Positions 53,728 through 64,000 of a stretch of 64,000 nt of DNA are shown one piece after another. A program made the translations under genes and the position numbers. The notes under the pieces were generated by a model. It saw only the letters and a list, made by a program, of their open reading frames with translations. It was not told the origin of the DNA and ran no database searches. This DNA is from Atractiella rhizophila (taxonomy: Eukaryota). Position 1 is the stretch's first letter. Each line of letters opens with the position of its first letter. The stretch spans positions 81,445 through 145,444 of the forward strand of contig MU271180.1 of the NCBI GenBank assembly GCA_021432655.1, written 5' to 3'.

Positions 53728-53848
53728 GTCACCTGACGTACTGTTAGACATAATGAGTCACTAACGTACAGTCAGACGCACAGTAGGTCACCTGACATAC
53801 AGTCGGACGCACAATGGGCCACCTGACATACAATAGCACGTACAAGAG
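53728..53848 (+). repeat. ~30-bp tandem repeat x4
   Basis: gtcacctgacgtac / gtcactaacgtac / gtcacctgacatac / gccacctgacatac at 53728, 53757, 53787, 53818. Confidence 0.75.
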
Positions 53849-54129
53849 TGCTTTGTTCCAAATCTCACAGTGAAAAAAAAATTGCTCCGCAGGAAGAAGA
53901 CTTTCCAAAAAGTTGTCTGTAGGTTTTAATCTAAAGGCTCCTTTAGAGCATATTTCACAGACAGATAGTCGCCAGGATCGAAACTGAGGGAGCAATTTTA
54001 AGGTTTGGCAGGCTGGTTGGACACTATATAAGGGTCTTCACTCTTCCTGGCGCTTTCCCCACTCTCCTGTCTTTCGTCCGATCGACTTACTCTCGGACTA
54101 CTTTGCACCGATCTTCACTGTTCTCCACT

Positions 54130-56140
54130 ATGTCTAACGACCATACAAGCGAGTTCTTTTAACTTTTATTGATCATTTCCCGTCTGACCTACTGGTATAC
54201 CTCTTTCTAGGCGTTGACTGGAATGCACACGTCCACTCCGACGTCTTCGACGCTGAGTGCAAGGCGATGTCTAGGGGACTCTCATCCAGGTCGAGTGGTT
54301 CCGAGTCCTCCGAGCGTTACAGGCTCTGGGACAACGACGACTCTTCCAGCATGACTTCGGACACCTCCACCCACGCTGTTTCGAAGTTCGAGGCCTATTT
54401 CTACTATCACGGCATCCGCGGTGACAGACGCCTTGGTCCCAAACTGATCTTTAGGACGTCCACGGATGAGTTCGTGGTTCCTACTGAGCCAGGACAAGAG
54501 CCTCGCAAGATTCAGCTTCTCTCCATGCACAAGCACGCTAAATTGCAAACGAACAACCTCTGGGCAACTGTTCGCAAGGAGGTGCGTAACTTTCTCAAAG
54601 CGTAGCAATCTGTTGGACTGAAACTCGTTCAAGACGGTTGGAATCCTCGACCAGCGACAAGTACAGCTGACGTCCGTCGACTTGGCTCGCTTCTGTTGGA
54701 AGGAGGATACCGCGGACGGCCGTAGCAAGACCGTCTTCAGTCGCGTCACCATCTGGATCGGCGTCGTTCCCGATAGCACCAACGGCGATACTGCATTCGA
54801 TTCCTGCCAACCCATTCTCCAACTCCTCTCGAGGTACAGCATTGACGATGTCGACGTTGCTTACCGAGAGTCAGACGCTCAGCTTCTCGCTGGGCCACCA
54901 CTCTACGCTCCTGTTAGCGACCTCCATCCGTTGAAAGACGTGATGGAATGGATCACCACCGCTCTTACCGTGCCCATCGCCGGTGTCAAGACTCTACAGA
55001 TGCAAGGCACTCTGGGCTTTTATTTCAAGGTCGGTGACGATCTCTATGGCGTCACGGCACGACACATCCTGTTCCCCGGCGTGCAAGGTAACGTGCTCTA
55101 CAACTACACCTGTAGGTTCGTTTCCCCTCGAAAGATAAGCGAGTTCTGACCACAACTACACAGCCGGTCCTAGGAAGGACGTTGTCGTCATGGGCAACAA
55201 GGCCTTCGACGACTTTCTTGCGTCCATTCAGGCCAATATCGGTTCGCTGAACGGCACCGTCAAGGTGCTCAAGAAGCGTGTTGCATCGCTCACGACGACG
55301 GCGCACAACGGTAACGGGCAGGCCGCAAGCGATTTGGCGGACACCCGAGCCGACTTGGAGAAGAAAGAAAAGGCCATCGAGGACCTTAAAGACTTCTTTG
55401 CCACGATGAAGAAGGACTGGGCTGCAGTCAATAAACGCGTTATTGGCCAAGTCGTCTGGGCGCCTCCGATCAGCGGTCTCAATGGACCTGACGGCTACAC
55501 CGTCGACATTTGCGTCGTCAAGTTGAACGAGAGGAAGTTCAAGAACTGGAAGGGGAATGTGATTGACCTTGGTGCGTGCTAACCGGTTCACGCTGGAGGG
55601 CGCCTACCTAATCTGACTTGTCGTATCTTAGGCACAAAGATCGAGTCCGGCAAGTTTATGAGTCTTATGTATCCTCGTGACAATTCGCCGTCCGAGTTTG
55701 ACTACCCCGAGACTCGCCTTTACAAGATCAAGAAGATTCTCGCCGCGGCCAAGATCAAGGAGTCCAACAACTTCGACATGAATGGCGATCCCGTGCGCTT
55801 CGTGATCAAGAGTGGCCACACCACAGGTACTACGGTCGGTCGTCTTACTGGCTTCGAGTCTCACAAGCGCCAGTACGACATCACCGGCAACTTCGACTCC
55901 ATCGAGGCTGCCATCTATCCCTACGACAACGACTCTTCTACATTCTCTCGGCGCGGTGACTCTGGATCTGCCATTGTCGGCGCCGACAACGACATCATCG
56001 CCCTGCTCACCGGTGGCAGTGGTCCTACTGACTCTTCAGATATCACGTACGGCACTCCGATGGAGTGGTTGTGGAACAAGGTCATCAAAGTCAAGTTCCC
56101 CGGCGCCGTGCTCTTCTTCGACGACATCCCTGACAACTAG
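54130..56140 (+). CDS. Trypsin-like (PA clan) serine protease-domain protein, 5 exons, first intron GC-AG
   Basis: GTLGFYF...GVTARH (His), VDICVVKL (Asp), FSRRGDSGSAIV (Ser), KSGHTTGTTVG; TATATAA at ~54025; no signal peptide. Confidence 0.78.
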
Positions 56141-58319
56141 GTTCGTCTCTCCCCTCCTGTCTAAGCCCTCTCGTACTTCCTTCCTGACTACGTTTGTGTA
56201 GCGCTTCCCAAGACGTCCTCGCATCGGTTTTTTTTCTTCATCAACAATTGCTCGTCGTCTCTTCCATCTGCCCACGCTCATTGTCTCGATTCATTCTCGT
56301 TTCTCGGTGCTCAGTTCTGTCTTGGTTGGGGTCAGTGGCGCAGACAGATGTTTGGATCGTCAACAGGCCGTTCAGGTTCGTCTCTCGCATCTGTATCATA
56401 TTTGAGATCCTAACTAACGATCGCTTGCGGCACTAGCAAACGTCGGTTTCTGCAACTTCCTTCCCCCTTCCACTCTATGCTTCCCCTTTCTTTCTCCGTC
56501 TGCGAAATCGTGCTCGTTTTCCTTTGACTCCCCATTCTGTGCTCGCTGGTCGTTGGTGCAAACGCATGCTTCGACGGTTGGATCTGCTGTTCAGGTCTGT
56601 GTCGTTTCTTCCGTCTCTCGTTCTTTCATAACCGTGATTGACGACCCCGACGTCTAGCGCATGTCCCAACCCGCACATTTCGTTTGTCGCCATCGACCTC
56701 GTCTTTCATTCTCCCCTGCTCGTAATTTAATGGTTAGTTGTTGGTCGTCGGACGGATGCTTGGACCGGTGAACCGCTTGCCTTTGTGAGTTTCTTCCCCC
56801 TGTACCTGACTTCTCGTCTTTCTTACCACAACAACCTCTGACGTCTAGGCCCTGGATGCGTGGACTTGTTGTTCAGGTATGCCGTGTCCATCTTTTCATT
56901 CCCCCGTTGCGCCGAACTAATAGCTTTCCTCGATGGTTTAGGTCTTGGACTCGTGGACTCGTCGTGCTGATCGTTGTTGCTTCTCGTCGTCGGACACTAT
57001 CAACCCCCGTGTACTAACTACCTCGCTCGTGACTCATATGGTCTTCCCTCGTCGTATACATCCCCCACTCAAAGGTCGATCACAGAGCTTCACCGCGCCC
57101 CAAATATGCGCTTGACGGGCTCATTCTCGTCAACGGCTGTCCTTCACGTTGACAGTGCTGCTCGATGTTGACGTTATCACGATGTTAGGAAAGTTGGTAG
57201 GTCGCCGTTGTGTTGTCCGGGGAAGGGTCAAGCAGAAGACTTGTCGTTGTTGGTGCTGGAACAAGTGCGAGACGTAAAGTGAGGGATTGTTCGCGTTGCT
57301 TTATGTCTTTGCATGCTGATGATACGGATGACCTCTTCGCACACGTCTAGGAGCTCATCACGATCGTCAAAGCAGCGAAAACGGGTCTTGACGGTATGCT
57401 GAACCCTGAACTCAAGGTTTATTCCGGTTCACCCGCTTTCTGAGGCGAGGAGTGCCGTAGTTTCGTGCATTCCATTGCGACGTCCATGTAAGCTTCACCA
57501 GTGGGTAAACTAATACAGATATGCGCACTTTGTCTACACATTTGACGATGCTGATCCTCCACTCTTAAGTTCCCGCCAGTGCAAGCACATAATCGACGAC
57601 AAGACGGGTCTCGATACTACCCCTAAAGAGTGCAGCAGTCCGAGCATACGCAGACTCGTAGCTCGACATCACGTCCAATGTATTGGAACTGAAGGACAAG
57701 ATTCACCAGCGTGAGTGGACAGTGACAGTCGTCAGCTTTCTAATATACAGAACGACAGCATCAGCTATCGGGTGAAGTAAGAGTCACCCTAGCGTAAAGT
57801 TGAATGCGTCGAGACAGTGGTGCGCGACGTTTAGGAGACTAGTCTAACAACATTGCTGGTCCGTGGAGATCGACGGCATGGGCTGAGCACCCCAGTCGGC
57901 TGTTCTAGAGGACAACGAGACCGGAAATGAAGACCAGATTCACGGTCTTCGAGACCGTGCCCCAGCCAATTCTCAAAACAACTCTGAATTCGTGAATTGG
58001 CAGTATTTACCATCAAGCGGGCAGATTGATCTAATGGTCTACATTGCCTAGCTTTATCTCGATGTGGTGATTAAGGTTGTGCTAAGCTTCAAGCTTGCTC
58101 TGCTGTATTTTCAGGCTTTACTCTCCTCTGCAGCTGAAGACACGTGACAGGACAACTTTCGAAATGCAGACCTGCTTCTTTTGCATGATGACATCATTGC
58201 GTCGATTAACGTGACGTGTGGATGAGGAGAGACGCCCTCTTGCTTTATAAAGAAGCCCCTTTCTCCATCGAATCCCACCAAACTGAACGAATCCAGCCAC
58301 GACCGTAACGAACCACATC

Positions 58320-58901
58320 ATGTCCGCACCTCAATCGCGCGACCCATCTCCTGCAGGCTCACAACCTCCCACTCCGCCTCAAGAGCATCCCGAGGGAGGG
58401 CAAGAATCGCCCGTCCAGTCTCCCATCCAATCTCCCGCCCTCGAATCTCCCACCCACTCTCCTCTGCCCAGTCCTGCCCAGAGCCCAGCAGCGAGCAGAC
58501 AGCCTTCGCCTGCGCCTCAGCCTGCCGCGTCTCGATCGCGAACGAGGAAGACGCGGGAGAGGCAGAGGCCGAATCGCATCGAACAGTTGCCTACGGATGG
58601 GGAGACGGATGCTGAGCATAAAGGATTGCAGAGGGTCAGGGGAGGAGTTGTCGGTCCGTCGCAGGAGGAGAAGAGGAGGGAGGTGAGGCGGGAGAGTCAA
58701 GGAGGAGGAGGAGGAAAGAAGAAACGCGATCCTGTCAGTTTGAGGGTAGATGTCAATCTCACCGCTGAGGTTCGTGATCTCATTCTTTACAACTTGTGAC
58801 TGAGGAAACTGAAGAGTGCTCGTTTTGTGTAGATTACATTGAAGGCGAAAATACACGGTGATCTGACGCTCACCATGCATGAAGGCTTGGGCCTGTCTTA
58901 A
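58320..58901 (+). CDS. Small P/S/Q-rich protein with conserved fungal C-terminal motif
   Basis: SLRVDVNLTAE|ITLKAKIHGDLTL resembles the recurring fungal LRLDLNLxVExxLKAKIHGDxxL motif; TATAAA at ~58246. Confidence 0.65.
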
Positions 58902-59229
58902 ATTTCGTACCGTTGATGGGTCAGTTTGCTTTCTCGTCGAATCATACTTACTTACCTTGGATGCTTTGACTGCAACAGACATTCGCAGTTCGTATCATAC
59001 CGCTCTCTGCTTTGTAAATATCCATCTCGCTTGAAGAATTAAAGTAGCGCGAGTGAAAGAGATGTATTGTGTACAATCAACGTCTTTAATGAGCATTCGA
59101 ATTCGATATTTTCTCTGTACAATCGACAACACACTCGTTTGCGCCTCTTTCAGGAGGAGTCTATCACGATCTTATCCACATCGTCTGTCCATTCCCGAAG
59201 CAACCTTGGAGGTCAAATGGAACCAACAA

Positions 59230-61344
59230 TCACCAAGACTGTGACATAAATCTCTGTACTGTACTTAACGCCTGGTACCTCACGTCCTAATTTTCCATCA
59301 ATCAGTCCTCTCACAATGTAGCAGATCACTTTCAGAGAAAGTGGGAAGACGCACAGAGTCGGGGTGCGACATGAGCTCCATAACCTTCGCCTTCGCTCCC
59401 AGCTCCTGCGCTTTGCTATTCCATTCACGAGATCAATCCCAGCATTGAACGAAGGAAGGCAGGAAGAAAGGAAGGACAAACCTTTTGCCGGTGTCGCAGA
59501 ACTTGAGGTACTTTCCCACATCGCTAGCAGCAACGGCCAAAACTTCGACCTCTTGTCGACTGATGAGGAGCTGGACGAGGCGCCTTCACCCATATACCCT
59601 TTAGCATCATACGCTCTGACGACGAGGGATAGAGAGCAAAATGGCGCACTTGAGGCCCTCGTAATCTTTCTCATTCAACCGGCTCGCGTTCTCCCGCCAG
59701 AAATCGTCGCTCGTATGCAGTGGGGACCAAGTGAGTTGACCCGACTGAATCTCGGTGATGTATTCGTCGTAGGTACTTCATTCATCACCATCATTCTCCC
59801 TTCGTTCACGCAAAATAAAGGACGGAGGGAGGGGACGAAGGAAGACATACGTCATACCCTCGCTTCCCTTCTTCAATTCCTCCCTAAGCCACTCCACATC
59901 CTCCTTCAGCTCCTCGTCGTCCGATTGGACCTTCAGTTTGGCAGATTGTGAGTCCAGGAACTCGAGTAGGCCGAGTTTGTACAGGAGCATTGGGGGAAGC
60001 GATTCCTCCGGCGCCTGGGTGAGAAGATTCTGCTCTCGCCAGCCATCAGAATCAATTTGCGTGTTGGAAGATGGAGGAGAGGTTGGAGACGAACCCGGAA
60101 GGTTGCAACGATGACGCGAGTCACTTTTTCTTTCACGGCGATCTTGAGTGTCTCGCCCAAGAGAGGGATGATGGGATATTTCCTGCGAGGCGTCCAATCA
60201 GCTATCAAGATTCGAGCGAGGGGATAGAGGGATAGACCAACTCGACGATTCCTTTAGCGAAATCAGCATCGAACGTTGCTTGCCATAGCGAGAGAGCGAC
60301 AAGATAAAGGGTCTGAGGGTCTCCATATCCGTTGCCATTACCGTTGCCATTGCCATTTCCATTTCCTGGCTTCTTCGCCTCCAGGACCTTGACTAGCCTT
60401 TCGAACCACAGTGAGAATGAGCTATCGCCTTTTGGATATAGAAGAAGACCCACCCATCTACAGGTTTCTCCTCATCTGCGCCGTCCGACGATTCTGATCG
60501 CCACAGCTCCTTCCTGACATCCTGTGCTCGAAGGGCAGAAGAGAGAGCAAAGAGGGCAAGGTTGAGGATTTCTGTTGGAGGAGTGGAGTGGAGGAGTCTG
60601 GAGATTTGAACGAGGAGGGAGGAAATGATGGATGACGGTGGAGATGATGGATCTTCCCTATTCCATTTCTCATTCTTGACACAGCTTGTGAACAAGGAAA
60701 GGACTGACGAGAGAAAGCGTGAGAGGAGGTAAAGTGACATTAAGGAAATGAAGCGATCTTGCGAATTTAGGTGCCTTAATGCCAACGTTCAGAGGGAGCA
60801 GCTTTGAGGGTCCGAAGAGGCAAAACATACCGCGAGAGGCCCGTGTAGATGGAAGGTGGCTTGCTCTTGGTCTCGTCACTGATCAAGAGATCGCCTTGGT
60901 CGAGCGAATAGAAGAGCTGGAATCTTGTTTCATCGCCTATTAGCTCATGTGTCAGCTCAAATAGTCTCGTTCCAGGCATCACGACGAGTACCTGCCAACA
61001 GCTTTTCTGTGGAAGCAAGCACGAACTGGATCGGCTCGTTCCTGCTGAGACTTCCCAACAGTTTGGTATACAGCTCTGCGTACTTCGTCAGGCCCTGGTC
61101 TTTATCCTACACCACCAAATTCGAAGCAAAGCGTGATAATATCAAAGCATGCCCTCAATCATAAGCGAGAGGATGAGAAACACACCTGCGGCTTGCTCTT
61201 TTCGAAGTTAGGAGTCGACTGCACAAGCTGCACGTCGCCTTGCGACACAATCCCTGCTCGCTGATAGGAATCCCATGGAAGTGCTCGGGTAAGGATCTTG
61301 GTAGATTCCGAGGACAGAAAGGGGGAAGCCGAGGAAAGAGACAT
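59230..61344 (-). CDS. VMA13: V-ATPase V1 subunit H
   Basis: LPWDSYQRAG, KIAVKEKVTRVIVATFR, YDEYITEIQSGQLTWSPLHTSDDFWRENA, LAVAASDVG, GAKAKVMELM...VRYQAL. Confidence 0.92.
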
Positions 61345-61590
61345 TTCGTCGTTTCGTAACACAAAACTCAAGTAGGACGGACGCTAGCAACATGAGGCGT
61401 ACGAGCCAAACGTATTAACCCCCCGGGGATGCTGTCTGTGCGATGTGTCGACGTGGCATGGTGCGCGGTGGCGAATTTTTGACACGTCGCCAAACCACCA
61501 TTTAAAAGGGTTCCACCTCGAATATTGCCCACTTTGACTCTCTTCGCCTCTCCATCACTGCCCCTTCCCTTCTGTTCCATAGCCATAACC

Positions 61591-64000
61591 ATGGCCAACA
61601 GAAATAACATGCCAAAGCGGAAGCTCACTTCCAAACTCCTCTATTCACTCCTCCCTGTTTTCCTCTTCATCGCTTGTTGGAGCCTCATTGGAACTGCCAA
61701 TGCTCAGAAGGAGGATGTAAGCGTCTACTTGTGCTTCTGTCAGAGGAACTGGGACTAATGGGGGTTTTCTAGTTGGGAACAGTCATCGGTATTGATGTAT
61801 GTTAATTTGCCATTCCTCTGTGCGCTGCTCAAATATCATGCATAGTTGGGAACGACATACTCTTGTGTTGCGTACGTATTTCATTGTGTCCTATAACGGG
61901 AGCAGAGCTGAGGGGTTGTGCAGCGTTCAGAAGCAAGGACGGGTGGAAATCCTGACCAACGACCAAGGAAACCGTATCACACCGTCCTATGTCGCCTTCG
62001 CCGCCAACTCTGGCGAGCGAATGATTGGAGACTCAGCCAAGAACCAATACGCCCAAAATCCCACCAACACCATCTTTGACGCTAAGCGTCTCATCGGACG
62101 AAAATTCGACGACCGTGAAGTCCAACGTGACCTCAAACACTATCCTTTCAAGGTCGTCGACAAGAATGGCAAGCCCAACATCCAGGTCGAGGTCGGAAAC
62201 GAGAAGAAGACCTTCGCCCCAGAGGAGATCTCTGCCATGGTTTTGTGAGTCTTTACTACCCTCCGTTTTGGATTGTGGTTGAGTCAGAACCTACAGGATC
62301 AAGATGAAGGAGACCGCTGAGGCATACCTTGGAACCAAGGTTACCAACGCTGTTGTCACGTTCGTCTTCTTGTTTCTATCCTCACAAAAGCACTAACAAG
62401 CCGTTCAGTGTTCCCGCCTACTTCAACGACGCTCAGCGTCAAGCCACAAAGGATGCCGGTACGATTGCTGGACTCAACGTTCTCCGAATCGTCAACGAGC
62501 CCACGGCCGCCGCCATCGCTTACGGATTAGGACAACACGGAGCTGGAGAGAAACAAATCATCGTATACGATCTTGGAGGAGGAACCTTCGATGTTTCCCT
62601 CCTCTCAGTCGACGACGGAGTCTTCGAGGTTTTGGCTACCGCCGGTGATACCCACCTTGGAGGAGAGGATTTCGATAACCGTGTCATCGACCATTTCGTC
62701 AAGCTCTGGAAGAGGAAGCACGATGGACAGGACATCACTAAGAACTTGAGGACGATGGGAAAACTCAAGAGGGAGGTCGAGAGGGCGAAGAGGACGCTCT
62801 CATCTCAAATGTCGGTCAAGATCGAAATCGAGGCTTTCTTCGAGGGACAGGATTTCTCCGAGACTCTCACCAGGGCCAAATTCGAGGAACTTAACATCGA
62901 TTTGTTCAGGAAGACCATGAAGCCCGTTGAACAGGTTCTCAAGGATGCCAACGTCAAGAAGGAAGATGTGTCGGATATCGTTCTTGTCGGTGGTTCCACT
63001 CGTATCCCCAAGGTCCAGGAACTTCTTAAGGATTACTTCGATGGAAGGGAACTCGCCAAGGGTATCAATCCTGATGAGGCTGTCGCTTATGGTGCTGCCG
63101 TTCAGGCTGGTCCGTTTTTCTCTTCTTTGCTGATGGGGACTGAGATTCTTTCAGGTATTTTGGCTGGTGAGGAGTCGTTGAAGGAGATGGTTTTGATCGA
63201 CGTCAACCCTCTCACTCTCGGTATCGAGACGACTGGAGGTGTCATGACCAAGCTCATCGGAAGGAACACTGTTGTGCCCACGAAGAAGTCCCAGATCTTC
63301 TCCACCGCAGCCGACAACCAACCTACTGTCTTGATCCAAGTTTTCGAGGGAGAGCGATCGATGACAAAGGACAACAACCTCCTCGGCAAGTTCGAGCTGA
63401 CCGGCATCCCCCCCGCTCCTCGTGGCGTTCCTCAAATCGAAGTCACTTTCGAAGTCGACGCCAACGGTATCATGAAGATCAGCGCTCAGGATAAGGGAAC
63501 TGGCAAGAGCGAATCTATCACCATTACCAATGACAGTACGTCTTTCTGTGTTCCTTTCTCGTCGCGATGTGGGATGGATCTGACAATTTGTTCGCAGAGG
63601 GACGTCTTTCTCAAGAGGAGATTGATCGCATGATTCAGGAGGCTGAGGAATTTCGCTGAGGCGGATGAGGAAGCTAAGAAGAAAGTCGAGTCGCGTAACG
63701 CGGTACGTCCTTTTCTTTTTTCCCCAGCATTTGATGCTAATTTTGCCGTCATTGCAGCTCGAGAACTTTGTTTTCTCCCTCAAGCAACAAGTGACGGATA
63801 AGGAAGCCCTCGGTGGCAAGATTGAGGATGAGATAAACAGACCATCTTGGACGAGATCAAAGAGGTCCAAGACTGGATGGAAGAGGATGGCGCGACCGCC
63901 TCCGCTTCGGATTTCGAGGAGAAGCTCCAGGCTCTCCAAGCCGTCGTCTCGCCCATCACTTCCAAGCTCTACTCTTCTGGAGGATCTGGATCTGGGGGAC
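61591..64000 (+). CDS. KAR2: ER Hsp70 BiP/Kar2 (3' end outside window; two apparent single-base indels)
   Basis: Signal peptide, [72 protein letters not shown]. Confidence 0.95.

Noticed and set aside
53728..53848. CRISPR-like appearance of short repeats (also 46318-46480)
   Set aside because: Eukaryotic context, degenerate tandem units without unique spacers, no cas genes.
60329..60368. GN dipeptide repeat in VMA13
   Set aside because: Ordinary coding microsatellite in a loop.
4019..64000. Proteostasis cluster (RPN12, ICP55, CUE, HSP70, KAR2)
   Set aside because: Spread over 60 kb among unrelated genes; a large functional class expected by chance.

Overview
Intron-rich fungal genomic DNA, most likely a basidiomycete (inferred from very short ~50-65 nt introns, micro-exons and gene content). 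It has three zones. (1) 1-3.9 kb is a graveyard of nested transposon relics. (2) 4.0-43.0 kb and 58.3-64.0 kb are gene-dense and mostly housekeeping: RPN12, an R3H/SUZ protein, HOM2, DIP2/UTP12, ESF2, an FG nucleoporin, gamma-tubulin, POM152, ICP55, a CUE protein, cytosolic HSP70, VMA13 and KAR2/BiP (cut by the window end). (3) ~43.9-57.9 kb is an accessory interval with hAT, gag-like and TIR-element relics and one intact trypsin-like serine protease gene whose 3' region has at least five apparent introns after the stop codon. Most notable: an intron-poor ~1101-aa HeLo + TPR gene with no visible NTPase domain (candidate cell-death/immune receptor, possibly foreign); the protease gene; a ~925-bp tandem duplication of POM152 exons 1-3 with both copies in frame; a 1.3-kb TA-flanked TIR element whose removal restores a host reading frame; and a small secreted Cys-containing protein. 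Gene names rest on recalled motifs, not database searches. Exon boundaries were read by eye.
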